Position numbers and translations under genes: made by a program. A DNA stretch of 64,000 nt, taken from Candidatus Latescibacterota bacterium (lineage in GTDB: Bacteria > Latescibacterota > UBA2968). The notes below the pieces were generated by a model, which saw only the letters and a list, made by a program, of their open reading frames with translations, did no database searches and was not told the origin of the DNA. Location: positions 3,584,001-3,648,000 of the forward strand of contig OZ241986.1 in the NCBI GenBank assembly GCA_965204375.1, read 5' to 3'. Shown here piece by piece: positions 1-9,724 of this stretch (positions are counted from its first letter, which is position 1; every line of letters starts with the position of its first letter).

Positions 1-1062
1 GCCCTCCTCGCTGCAAAAAACCCCGTAATCTGGGCGGGACACGGAGTCGTATTTGCCGGGGCAACAGATGAACTAAAAGAACTGGCCGACCTGACCGGCA
101 TACCCGTATTCTGCACCATGCCCGGCAAATCGTCCTTTGACGAACGCCATCCACTCGCCCTCGGTGCTGGCAGCGGCGCAACCACGGGACCCGTACACCA
201 CTGGCTCAAAAACTGCGACGTACTGCTCGCGCTCGGCTCCAGTTTAACGCGCACGCCTTATGCCCAATCCGTCCCCCCCGCCAAAGTACTCATACAAAAC
301 ACCGATAATCCTGATGACATCAACAAAGACGAAGCCGTAGATATCGGATTGATCGGCGATGTCAAACTCACCCTGCAAGCAATCATTGACCAGGTAAAAG
401 GTCAAATTGGCGAACCCAAAAACTCTGATCGCGTCGCCGCTGAGATCGCACATGCCAAAAAAGAATGGCTCGACACCTGGACGCCCCTGCTGACCTCAAA
501 TGAAGAACCCCTCAACCCCTATCGCGTCATCAACGAAATCAACAACACACTCGACCGCGAAAACAGCATTGTCACACACGATGCCGGTGCCCCCCGCGAC
601 TCAATCGTGCCATTTTATACCGCAACCACACCCCACTCTTATATCGGCTGGGGCAAAACAACCCACCTGGGTTTCGGCATCCCCCTGATGATCGGCGCCA
701 AACTGGCCCATCCCGATAAATTCTGCCTCAACATGATGGGAGATGGCGCCTTCGGCATGTCCGGCCTGGACATTGAAACATCTGCTCGCGCAGGCATCCC
801 CATTACAACCGTGCTTCTGAACAACGGGGGCATGGCGACATACCCCGGCGGATTCCCCGTGGCGCGCGAACGCTATGGCGTTTCCAATATGCAAGGCAAC
901 TACGCCCAAATTGCCGACGGCATGGGCGCTGTGGGCATCACCGTGGAAAAACCGGGCGAAATGCGCCCCGCATTACAAGAAGCACAGCGACTAAATGCCG
1001 ATGGCAAAACCGTGTTGATCGATGTGCATACCAGTATGGAGAGCAAACAGTCGCGGTTTTGA
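1..1062 (+). CDS. Thiamine pyrophosphate-dependent enzyme (acetolactate synthase-like), 5'-truncated by window edge
   Basis: Frame open from base 1 (ALLAAKNPVIWAGHG...); TPP-binding motif GDGAFGM...LLNNGG; HDAGAPRD typical of this family. Confidence 0.88.
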   Translation, partial: ALLAAKNPVIWAGHGVVFAGATDELKELADLTGIPVFCTMPGKSSFDERHPLALGAGSGATTGPVHHWLKNCDVLLALGSSLTRTPYAQSVPPAKVLIQNTDNPDDINKDEAVDIGLIGDVKLTLQAIIDQVKGQIGEPKNSDRVAAEIAHAKKEWLDTWTPLLTSNEEPLNPYRVINEINNTLDRENSIVTHDAGAPRDSIVPFYTATTPHSYIGWGKTTHLGFGIPLMIGAKLAHPDKFCLNMMGDGAFGMSGLDIETSARAGIPITTVLLNNGGMATYPGGFPVARERYGVSNMQGNYAQIADGMGAVGITVEKPGEMRPALQEAQRLNADGKTVLIDVHTSMESKQSRF

Positions 1063-1086
1063 TCCCTATCGAAAACACCAGCAGTA

Positions 1087-1129
1087 AGAACTAAAAAACC
1101 ACGCCCAAAGGACGTGGTTTTTTAGTTCT
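1087..1129. terminator. Bidirectional intrinsic terminator hairpin; near-identical copy at 30712-30750
   Basis: agaactaaaaaaccacg (1087-1103) pairs with cgtggttttttagttct (1113-1129); lies between convergent genes. Confidence 0.85.
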
Positions 1130-1775
1130 AAGATCGCTTTTTTTGTTTTGACCTTTTAAATTTACCTCGAATATACATCACAAATTCTTTGCCTCGGTAT
1201 AGGATTAACGAAATAAACACACCCACCGCCATTATAGAATCGTACCAGGAATTGTATTCAATCGATAGCTGACAGCCGAACTCAAGGTAGATGAGATAAG
1301 CCTGCAACACAATAACAATAAGGGGAAAAATTCCTGCATAGAATATCCAAACACAATTTGAAAAAGAAGGGTAATCTGTGAGATATGATTTACCCTCTCT
1401 AGTGTATATAGAATCATCTCCAAGAAGAGAAGAAATGGTATCTTCAAGTTTATGTAGATATTTATACTGTCGATCTACCGTAATGGAATTCTGACAGTAG
1501 CGTAGCATGATAACTAGAAAAACCGTCCATGTTGCGCTTGTGATAATGGAGATAGGGAGAGCATTGAGAACATTAAGAGATTTCTTTGTGCTTGAAGTGC
1601 TTATTTCATTGAATATCCTCTGAAGATCATCCGGATACTGCACCTCCAAGAATAAAGAACCAAGGAGCGCAATAAGTACTAGAAATAGCAAGTCTCTCTG
1701 CTTCTCCCTTTCCCGAATTTGAGAGAAGCTTTCTTTGTAATGGTCGTGTAAAATATTGAGATCAGGAATATCCAT
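1128..1775 (-). CDS. Hypothetical integral membrane protein (~4 TM), putative effector of the upstream TIR
   Basis: 215 aa; hydrophobic segments LLFLVLIALLGSLFL, ISIITSATWTVFLVIML, VWIFYAGIFPLIVIVLQAYLIYL, SIMAVGVFISLILY; starts 9 bp after the TIR stop. Confidence 0.75.
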   Translation of the reverse strand: MDIPDLNILHDHYKESFSQIREREKQRDLLFLVLIALLGSLFLEVQYPDDLQRIFNEISTSSTKKSLNVLNALPISIITSATWTVFLVIMLRYCQNSITVDRQYKYLHKLEDTISSLLGDDSIYTREGKSYLTDYPSFSNCVWIFYAGIFPLIVIVLQAYLIYLEFGCQLSIEYNSWYDSIMAVGVFISLILYRGKEFVMYIRGKFKRSKQKKRS

Positions 1776-1784
1776 GGCGTAGCT

Positions 1785-2210
1785 TCACGCTTTCCTAATA
1801 GCCCTAAGAATAGCCTCAACCGTGAAACTCATAGCCCATTCAGCACCTTTTCCATAGAGGGGATCTGGAGACGTATTCGATGAGTCAATTTTGACAGCAA
1901 TAAACCCTTTCCTCTCTTCCGCGCTCTTATTGATTTCCCACCACTGCCAATTTCGATCACCTATCTCCTTTCTGTCACGATGATAACTATTAGCGTGTTT
2001 ACCAATGATAACAAGAGTATGGGTAGCCTCACGAATTTTACTAGTGAGGACTGCCTTAATACGGGAGATATCTTCACTTTGGATTTCCTCCGGCGTACAG
2101 TCATCAAAGTCAATATCTGAGCTCGGATTTGCAACTAGCGCATTGAGAAGATATCGATAGTGCCGATCATGATCATAGTCGAAGCTTATGAAGACTCGTT
2201 TCTTTGCCAT
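1785..2210 (-). CDS. TIR domain protein (ThsB / MTH538-DUF1863-like)
   Basis: N-terminal RVFISFDYDHD, TLVIIGK strand, W-x-x-W-E-I motif (WQWWEINKS) carrying the catalytic Glu; SD GGAGG upstream. Confidence 0.85.
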   Translation of the reverse strand: MAKKRVFISFDYDHDRHYRYLLNALVANPSSDIDFDDCTPEEIQSEDISRIKAVLTSKIREATHTLVIIGKHANSYHRDRKEIGDRNWQWWEINKSAEERKGFIAVKIDSSNTSPDPLYGKGAEWAMSFTVEAILRAIRKA

Positions 2211-2373
2211 TCTTACCTCCTGGGGTTTTATGGTGATGCTTTGGTAATTACATCGAGAATATTGCCAAATGTTGGCGGGGCTAAGCGCATCTCTGAACCG
2301 CGAAGCGGTTGGGAGAAGGGATGAATGCTCTGAAGTTTGGGGCAGAGGTGCTGTTAGGTCCTACTATGGTTTG

Positions 2374-3283
2374 CTAAGGAGCATCGAATGTGATTCCGAT
2401 TGCCGCCGAAATTGGTCCCGAGCGTCGATTGAATATAGTAAACAGCCCCTCATCATTTCTACTTTGAGTGATATATCCTTCTCCGCACGTAACAAGAAGA
2501 TGTGCAACAAAATGTTCTAAGCGCCACCCGACTTCATGTTCTGCCGAATTGTACGGTTCTGGAAGCCCGACCTGCAGATCTTCATAACAGGGCACGCGCT
2601 GAGAATCAAAACTTTGGAGTGCTTGTCTAACCGACTCTGATCTGACTATGCGACAACCAACTGTGTTTGGGCCTCGGGGGTTCCTTGTAGTAGTCCGTGG
2701 AACATTGTAAGTAGAGGGGACGCGTAGTGGATGATAGAACATGTAGTGGACAGGAATTCCTGTGCTATTTTCATATTCCTCTATGCGTTCATACTGATCG
2801 TTACCCTTCCTTAGCGCCTCGTATCTGCTTGTTTGTTTGAATCTAAACTTCCGTGACTCAGAAACAGCGAGATAGGTTTCCTCTGATTCGAATAGACGTC
2901 CAAATCCCCAGAGATAGTCCAAAGGCTGATCCTCATCAGAGTCCACTTGTGGGGTAAAGTCGCTTGGACTGGAGAAGTGCGACCTTGCTTCGGACGAATT
3001 GCCCGGCCTGTCGAAACATCACCAGAAAGCCGATATCGGCAATTTCCCACGATCCAAAGTGCCGTCCACCCCCGAGATAATAAGTGTCAAGCCGAACTGT
3101 CCATCCGGAACCGAGCCTTACAGGAGCCGAATAATTCGAAAGATGCTCAATGAAAGTCATGTCCAGAGAAGTTTCATGAACATTCGGCATTTTAGAGATT
3201 TTTCTTGACACAGCCAGGTTGCAGGCTTCAAAAATATTCTCTAAAAATGCCAGAACATCGTCAGGCAGATAGATTTGATTCAA
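2374..3283 (-). pseudogene. PD-(D/E)XK-type nuclease-like gene split by a frameshift near 2940-2950
   Basis: 5' ORF (TTG 3283 after GAGGA) contains EIADIG...ALLQSKRLYP and ends at 2936; an overlapping ORF 2374-2946 in another frame continues as a plausible C-terminal half. Confidence 0.55.
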
Positions 3284-3381
3284 TTTGGCTTCCTCGATTT
3301 GGGCAGAATGATCCAGTGGTGCAAACCTTACCAGAAAAGCAAATGAATCTACCCACGTTTGAAAGGGCACTGCTTCAAGAG

Positions 3382-4470
3382 TCATGGAATAGGAGGAAAA
3401 GATACAGTTTTTTTTGACCTGCTCCTGTCTCGGTCTTTAGAAACGTACTTCACATTGTGATAGTCCCTGTACCAGGCGACAAAATTTGCAAGTCCTGTTT
3501 CTATGGGCGTTGTGGGATTATAGCCCACATCTCGCATGAGATCCGATACGTCTGCGGCATTATCCGTGAAGTCTCCAGGCTGTATGGGCATATCTTTTCG
3601 GATCGCTTTTTTGCCCAGCAAGTCCTCTAATAGCGAGAGGAAATACTCTAATTCTATGACGTTGTGATTGCCGATATTGTAAATCCGATAGGGGCTGGAA
3701 CTCGATCCCGGGTCGGGGCATTGTCCCGTCCATTCGGGATCTGGCTTTGCGGGGTTTGACAAGACGCGAGTTACGCCTTCGACTATGTCGCCGACATACG
3801 TAAAACTGCGACGCATCTTGCCGTGATTATAGACTTTGACAGGTCGATTTTTCAGGATGGCTCTGGTCCACAGATAGGCAACCCCATCCGGACGTCCCCA
3901 GGGTCCATAGACGGAGAAAAAGCGCAATCCCGTCGTGGGAATATCGTATAGATGGCTATACGAATGCGCCATTAGTTCATCGGCTTTTTTTGTCGCTGCG
4001 TACAGGCTGAGGGGATGATCGACATTTTGGTGGATGTTAGCGGGTGTGGTGGTGTTCAAGCCATAAACAGAACTCGACGAGGCATAGACCAGATGTTCAA
4101 TACCGCAATGGCGACATCCTTCCAGGATGTTGAGAAATCCCATGACATTGCTTTTGACGAAGGCCTGGGGATTTTTCAGGCTATAAGGCATACCCGCCTG
4201 GGCCGCGAGGTTGATGACGTGAGAAAAGTTCTCTTCGCGGAAGAGGTTTGTTATTCCCGCTTCGTCCTCGAGGTGCATGCGAACAAATTTGAATCCGCTT
4301 TCCCGTTTTAGAATGGATAGGCGGTCTTCTTTGAGTTGAGTACTGTAATAACCGTTCACATTGTCCAATCCGACTACTGAATGCCCCATTTCAAGCAGTT
4401 GTCTGGAGAGATGAAATCCAATGAATCCCGCAGCACCTGTTACGAGTACGTGTCGCGCAGCATCAGTCAT
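3382..4470 (-). CDS. NAD-dependent epimerase, UDP-glucuronate 4-epimerase type
   Basis: VLVTGAAGFIG, HLAAQAG, YASSSSVYG, YAATK, RFFSVYGPWGRPD; ATG at 4470 preceded by AAGGAG. Confidence 0.92.
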   Translation of the reverse strand: MTDAARHVLVTGAAGFIGFHLSRQLLEMGHSVVGLDNVNGYYSTQLKEDRLSILKRESGFKFVRMHLEDEAGITNLFREENFSHVINLAAQAGMPYSLKNPQAFVKSNVMGFLNILEGCRHCGIEHLVYASSSSVYGLNTTTPANIHQNVDHPLSLYAATKKADELMAHSYSHLYDIPTTGLRFFSVYGPWGRPDGVAYLWTRAILKNRPVKVYNHGKMRRSFTYVGDIVEGVTRVLSNPAKPDPEWTGQCPDPGSSSSPYRIYNIGNHNVIELEYFLSLLEDLLGKKAIRKDMPIQPGDFTDNAADVSDLMRDVGYNPTTPIETGLANFVAWYRDYHNVKYVSKDRDRSRSKKTVSFPPIP

Positions 4471-4504
4471 GTTACAAATCTTCTCCTTATCCCTCTCATA
4501 AAAA

Positions 4505-5530
4505 CTATTCGAGCAATTGTATTGCCATCTCAATAACCGGATCTTTTTTTATAACCTCGTCAGAAGATGGCACCTCAACGTGAATATCCGGAGGAATACC
4601 AACGCCTTCATACATAACATGATCTGCCGAAAACCACTTCCCAATAGAGATTCTATATACCCAACCATTGGGAAGTTCTCGATACATGTTAGGTGCCATG
4701 CTACCTGCCGTCACGTCTCCAACTATCCTGACATAAGGAAATAGCTTCATTGCCAATACGAAATATTCCCCACCACTTATTGTTCGTCTATCCGTGAGTA
4801 CAATAATGGGTTTGGTAAATTGTTTTTCTCCTGCAGGCTCGACATATCTTTCTCGAATAGGAGTAAAATCTGAATGGCGAGGTCCATTGCGCCTTTGCAA
4901 AAGAGAGGACAGTTTCTTCTGGTCTGCAAAGCGTCCCACTACCGCTTCGACGTTGACTCCGTTTCCTCCAGAATTATTTCTTACATCTACAATGAAACCC
5001 CTGTGATCAAAAAACTCGTTTACAATGGGATCTATAGCTTCTACCCAAGCACTGCCATTCCTGCTACTGAAAGACGCAATGTGTAAATAGCCTATGGTAT
5101 CAGAGATTTGACCAGACGTAAAAAAACCGTTCCCTGTGGTTTGAAACCCAGAACGCAAGTATTTACTCTTCACAAGATCCAAATTGAGCGTCCCTTCAGG
5201 TCGTCCCTTTGCATGGCTTGAGATGAATCTCTCAAACGGCGCAATCAGATACACATGTTCATCGTCTAAATGAGCCAGCATTGAAGACATAATTTCAAAG
5301 AGAGCATTGTCGTTCGTCTGATCGGTGACTTGCGGCGCATAGATGTCATACAGGGCATTCCAATCAATGTTTTTCACCTTAAACAGGGCATAATAGCGGT
5401 CAAATTCATCCCATAAAATTTGAAAATTGTTCTGTGGGGTATTGGCGGGATCAGAACCGACTAGGATTTCGCCACAAGAAAACAATACAGGCAAAAGGAT
5501 GATACCGACTATTCGGGTTAAAAAACGCAA
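4505..5530 (-). CDS. S41 family peptidase, probable lipoprotein
   Basis: Lipobox-like LFSC; IGYLHIASF, IVDVRNNSGG, T-I-S-G-G-E catalytic Ser region, IVGDVTAG, EGVGIPPD. Confidence 0.88.
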   Translation of the reverse strand: MRFLTRIVGIILLPVLFSCGEILVGSDPANTPQNNFQILWDEFDRYYALFKVKNIDWNALYDIYAPQVTDQTNDNALFEIMSSMLAHLDDEHVYLIAPFERFISSHAKGRPEGTLNLDLVKSKYLRSGFQTTGNGFFTSGQISDTIGYLHIASFSSRNGSAWVEAIDPIVNEFFDHRGFIVDVRNNSGGNGVNVEAVVGRFADQKKLSSLLQRRNGPRHSDFTPIRERYVEPAGEKQFTKPIIVLTDRRTISGGEYFVLAMKLFPYVRIVGDVTAGSMAPNMYRELPNGWVYRISIGKWFSADHVMYEGVGIPPDIHVEVPSSDEVIKKDPVIEMAIQLLE

Positions 5531-5542
5531 TGCCTATCCCTT

Positions 5543-6295
5543 TCAAAATTGGAACGAGATGCCCCCACTAAGTCCGTGAAAGACTGAAATTGTTTTTCGA
5601 GGTTGGGAATACCGCTGGTAGAGAAACCAATATGCCAGGCGCAACTTGAAATAAGCAGAAAGGGTGTGTTCATAAAGTGAGGAAAACCGTAAACGTTGAT
5701 AACCATTGAGACTGATCAACCGATTCGTTATATCTAGCGAATTTACGGCATAACTATTTCGCAATAAATAACCTAAAACTGGAATAGATAAAAAGAAAAC
5801 GACTCTTTGTTTTTCAAAGGGTAATAGCTCGCACAAAAGGGCTATATTGAGAGTCGAGACTGCTGTGCCCGTTGGTGCACCACTATAATTAGAGGAAAAA
5901 AAAGAATAATCTCTGGCAGAGACCATAATATCCCAGTTCCCCCCCAACCAAAAAGTCCTATTGGCACTCGAACCCCCTGACAATAGATGCGTATACCCGT
6001 ATTGCAATTGCCCGTAATAATGGTCAGCGAGACTCTTGCGTGCAGATGTTTTTAATTCACCTGTCATAATATGTACTTGCACCCAATGCTGATTCTTCAT
6101 CCCTTTGTAATTGTAAAAAACCCCAATTTTTTTTTGATTTCCTTCATACAGCAGCGGCGATGCCAGATCATCTCTATTTATGTAATTCGTTAGCCCTACA
6201 TCAATGCCGATTTGGTGTGTGTTTTTTCCAAATACTACCGTTGAATGCAGGACCAAAAGGATGGCGATGAGAATGGTGAATACTTTCAGGTTCAT
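5543..6295 (-). CDS. Hypothetical exported protein, probable outer-membrane beta-barrel
   Basis: Signal peptide, alternating aromatic beta-strands, C-terminal GISFQF; overlaps the GT4 stop (ATGA). Confidence 0.6.
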   Translation of the reverse strand: MNLKVFTILIAILLVLHSTVVFGKNTHQIGIDVGLTNYINRDDLASPLLYEGNQKKIGVFYNYKGMKNQHWVQVHIMTGELKTSARKSLADHYYGQLQYGYTHLLSGGSSANRTFWLGGNWDIMVSARDYSFFSSNYSGAPTGTAVSTLNIALLCELLPFEKQRVVFFLSIPVLGYLLRNSYAVNSLDITNRLISLNGYQRLRFSSLYEHTLSAYFKLRLAYWFLYQRYSQPRKTISVFHGLSGGISFQF

Positions 6296-7482
6296 TGCGC
6301 CAACACCCGGCGATAGATGTCAATCCAATTTTCAGTTTCTTGAGCCAGAGAAAATTGATTTGCTACTTTCTTTTTTCCTGCCCTACCAATCCTCTTTCGG
6401 AGTTCCATATCCTCAAGTAATAGTTGCAATTTTTGCGATAACATATCGGCGTCATCCGTAGGAACAAGCAGGCCATTCTTATTATCTTCAACTATATCAA
6501 CAATACCACCGACTTGAGAAGCCACAATGGGTAGTTCACAGGCCATCGCTTCTATGAGTGCATTTGGCGACCCTTCATGAAGCGAAGATAAGGCAAAAAT
6601 ATCCATCTCTTTCATCCACGCCATCACCTCCCGATGTGGAATATAACCCGTAAATACAACTTGCCGTTTGAGTCCCGAGTCACTGATTTGCTTCAACATA
6701 TCTCTTTTGTAGGATTCTTGTATAAACTTACCAACAACAAGCAAGCAAGTATCGGGATAAACTTTTACTACCCTCTCAAATGCCTGTAAGAGAATGTGAA
6801 ACCCCTTTACGGGCCGCAAAAGTCCAGCTGTCCCAATGACTGCTCCCCCTTGTGATTTCATCCGTAAAAAGGTTTCAGTAAGTATTTGCAGTCTATCGTT
6901 GTGCTCTCTTGTTATTTCTAAAAGTGCGCGTGCATCAAATATCGATGCATCAAACACATTGAGCATGACTTTTCCCTCTTTGACCCTTACCATTTGATGA
7001 ATTTTTTGCATGAGTTCAGATGATACCGACGTTACATAATCTGCTCGTTCTAATACCCACCTTAGATTTGCTGCGTGTTGGATGCTATATCGCAAAACTT
7101 CCCAATCGCTACCTCTGACACTAACAATGAAGGGGCGCTCAATTTCAGTAGCCACAATTGCACCTAAAAATCCAGGGGGCATGAGAAAAGCGGCATGAAC
7201 TAAATCAAAGTTTTGTTCTTTATGAAGGTTAAAAATATAGTCACCAAGCACTTGTAAACTATACGGATCAGCGTGGTATTTTGATAATATCGAAAATGTT
7301 CGATGTACTGTCACGTCATCTTCTATGACAGGTGATATCTTATCTCTTAATTGATAGGGACCTGGCGCGATAATATGGATATTAACACCCTGTTTTGCCA
7401 GATTTTTAGCAATCCTATAAATTGCACTTCCCACTCCTCCAGGATAAGGGGGATATTGGTACGAAATCAGACAGATATTCAT
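6292..7482 (-). CDS. Glycosyltransferase family 4 (GT-B)
   Basis: YPPYPGG N-terminus, KGFHILL, EGSPNALIEAMACELPIVAS motif. Confidence 0.92.
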   Translation of the reverse strand: MNICLISYQYPPYPGGVGSAIYRIAKNLAKQGVNIHIIAPGPYQLRDKISPVIEDDVTVHRTFSILSKYHADPYSLQVLGDYIFNLHKEQNFDLVHAAFLMPPGFLGAIVATEIERPFIVSVRGSDWEVLRYSIQHAANLRWVLERADYVTSVSSELMQKIHQMVRVKEGKVMLNVFDASIFDARALLEITREHNDRLQILTETFLRMKSQGGAVIGTAGLLRPVKGFHILLQAFERVVKVYPDTCLLVVGKFIQESYKRDMLKQISDSGLKRQVVFTGYIPHREVMAWMKEMDIFALSSLHEGSPNALIEAMACELPIVASQVGGIVDIVEDNKNGLLVPTDDADMLSQKLQLLLEDMELRKRIGRAGKKKVANQFSLAQETENWIDIYRRVLAQ

Positions 7483-7497
7483 ATTTACCTCATGATG

Positions 7498-8295
7498 TCA
7501 CGAATTGGGTTTTCGCGCTGTAATTTCTCCGAATAGAAGGGATAGATATTTGAAGGGATAATAATGATGTTTACCAAATTCGGTCAAAGCAGGTTGACCA
7601 TTGATCTTGGTAATCATATATCGGGAAGACTGGCTGGCGGTGAAACCAATTAACTTGCAAGAGCGAATTTCTTCAAAACCGGCACTATATATAGCACTTA
7701 TATGTTCTTCAAGAGTAGGTGTTTTATATGCAAAGATTCTATTAAACTCCGCCATCTCTCGTTTTTCTTCACTCGATGCTCCCTCTTTATCCAAGAAATA
7801 GACATCCTTGATATATAGCTTCCCCCTTGGACGCAGTACCCGGAAAACTTCCTCAAAAAGACGTTGGCGATCATAAGCATAGCCCGCAGATTCAAAAAAA
7901 AATACGACATCAAAGGATGAATCAAAAAATGGAAGGTCATGATAATCGCCTCTATAGACTTGAATTCTCGAGGATAGTCTCGCTTGCTGAATCAGTCTCT
8001 TAGCTATTTTTGCCTGAACTTCGGAAAGCGTAATCGCATCAATGTGAACGCCCTGAGTGTTCAAAGCAATGTCAATACTTGGTCCGCAGACACCACAACC
8101 ACAGTCTAAAATTCGGTGACCTGATTGAATGCCAGCACGAGAGGCCAGATATAGGTTGGTCGTTTTGGCTGTATTTCTTCGGGAATGTGACAATTGAATT
8201 GCCTGAAGGCTTGTACCCACATATTTCAAATAAACTTCAGTCATTGTGTCGTAATAATCGCATACTTTTTCAATGTATGCTTTGTGATCTTCCAT
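7498..8295 (-). CDS. Class I SAM-dependent methyltransferase
   Basis: ILDCGCGVCGP motif I, GDYHDLPF, FDVV, VLRPRGKL. Confidence 0.9.
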   Translation of the reverse strand: MEDHKAYIEKVCDYYDTMTEVYLKYVGTSLQAIQLSHSRRNTAKTTNLYLASRAGIQSGHRILDCGCGVCGPSIDIALNTQGVHIDAITLSEVQAKIAKRLIQQARLSSRIQVYRGDYHDLPFFDSSFDVVFFFESAGYAYDRQRLFEEVFRVLRPRGKLYIKDVYFLDKEGASSEEKREMAEFNRIFAYKTPTLEEHISAIYSAGFEEIRSCKLIGFTASQSSRYMITKINGQPALTEFGKHHYYPFKYLSLLFGEITARKPNS

Positions 8296-8296
8296 A

Positions 8297-9547
8297 TCAC
8301 ATCATCATCCTTGTTAATCGCTTCGCAATTCGGTATATAGCAAGGCCGAACATCAGAATGATCAGAGAGGGAAAGAAAAAGTCCGACAATGCACTCCCAA
8401 TATTTCGCCAATTCCCCACTGCAAAACTGTTTATTATCTCGCTAAAAGTCTTATACACTAAGCCAGGATAGTTTGTAACTAGATCGGGAAACAAAAAGAA
8501 AATCTTGTAAAAAAACAGAAAGAAGAAACTGGTGCTAACGATTCCATACAGCAAAAGAAACGATTTCATTTTACCACTGATGTGCAAAAAGACAGGTTCA
8601 GCGACCCCTTTTTGTTTTAAGACGAAACGTTTCGCAAAGTATTTCAGAATTTCTAAAGACCTTTTTCTGAGATTGGGTACGCCTATTATATCGGAAAAAA
8701 GCCAATACCCATCAAAGCGGAAAATTGGATTCAAGTTAAACAGTGCTGAACCGTAGTTAAGGAGAATCGCGTACAAAAATATGCTACTTGATGTCATTAG
8801 ATACAAAATGAAGAGTATGGGAACAAAAATAAGCTGAAAATATATGCCACCAAAGTCCACCATCGCACGTTGAGTTCTCGGCAGTCTCCAAGCATCCGTT
8901 ACATCAGCATAGAGAACGGGAAATCTAAAATATAATCCTATTCCTATCTCTCCAGGAAACACACCATAATAGGCACAGGCAGAAGAATGACCTAATTCAT
9001 GAAAGATCGCTAAAATACCAAAAATTATTAGCCCAAAGATAGCTTCTTGAAACGAAATATCATAAATAACAATATCTATGACTTGAAAAACAAAAAAATA
9101 AAAGTATAAAAAGAAGACGAAAGAGAAGAAAATAAAGAAGATCAGAATTCTTGGATTATAGAGAATTTTTAAAATATGACTAATGGACTGAACTACATTC
9201 TCCCGAATAATGGGATATTGAAAATACAAATATGAACTACTTTTTTGAATACTGTCATCTGAGTTTGTGTTTTCAAGGATGCCATAGGGCACAAGAAATG
9301 AATGGATAATTGCATCAATGTCTTTGGTAGAATAAGTCTTGTTTCTGACAGTAGAGTATTCGTTTGCAATTTCAGACAGTGTTTTTTTTCCATCTATCAA
9401 CTCTAAGATCTGATAGATACCTTCGCTTATTTCAAACCGTTTCGTACCTATACATAAAACATAACTCTCCTTAGCCAAAGAAGTATCGAATTTATACATC
9501 GAAACTTTAGGAACCAACTTAATCGGGTCTGGTAGGGACTCTTGCAT
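8297..9547 (-). CDS. Membrane zinc metallopeptidase (M50/site-2 type) with N-terminal PqqD/RRE-like domain
   Basis: N-terminal ILELIDGKKTLSEI (RRE-like helix-turn); FHELGH, NLNPIFRFDGYW, PNLR; multiple TM segments; resembles YydH-type RiPP peptidases. Confidence 0.85.
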   Translation of the reverse strand: MQESLPDPIKLVPKVSMYKFDTSLAKESYVLCIGTKRFEISEGIYQILELIDGKKTLSEIANEYSTVRNKTYSTKDIDAIIHSFLVPYGILENTNSDDSIQKSSSYLYFQYPIIRENVVQSISHILKILYNPRILIFFIFFSFVFFLYFYFFVFQVIDIVIYDISFQEAIFGLIIFGILAIFHELGHSSACAYYGVFPGEIGIGLYFRFPVLYADVTDAWRLPRTQRAMVDFGGIYFQLIFVPILFILYLMTSSSIFLYAILLNYGSALFNLNPIFRFDGYWLFSDIIGVPNLRKRSLEILKYFAKRFVLKQKGVAEPVFLHISGKMKSFLLLYGIVSTSFFFLFFYKIFFLFPDLVTNYPGLVYKTFSEIINSFAVGNWRNIGSALSDFFFPSLIILMFGLAIYRIAKRLTRMMM

Positions 9548-9588
9548 GATATATTCCTATCTCAATTGTTCGCGGCGGGATCTATGGT

Positions 9589-9627
9589 GGCATCCAAACC
9601 TGATGCTTAGCACGGAATTTGGATGCC
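9589..9627. other. Intergenic stem-loop within RiPP cluster 1
   Basis: ggcatccaaa (9589-9598) pairs with tttggatgcc (9618-9627). Confidence 0.4.
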
Positions 9628-9724
9628 GCTGATCACGGAAAACAACGGGGGAAAGCACATCCTTTTTTGCTCGGCGCATTCTATGCCATCTTTAAACTAT
9701 CTACTTTGCAGGTGGTCGCTTGCG

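Noticed and set aside
2255-2365. attC-like integron site between the nuclease and TIR genes
   Set aside because: Has an ACCTAAC core on the minus strand and a small ccgc-gaa-gcgg hairpin, but no matching GTTRRRY end or long dyad, and there is no integrase.
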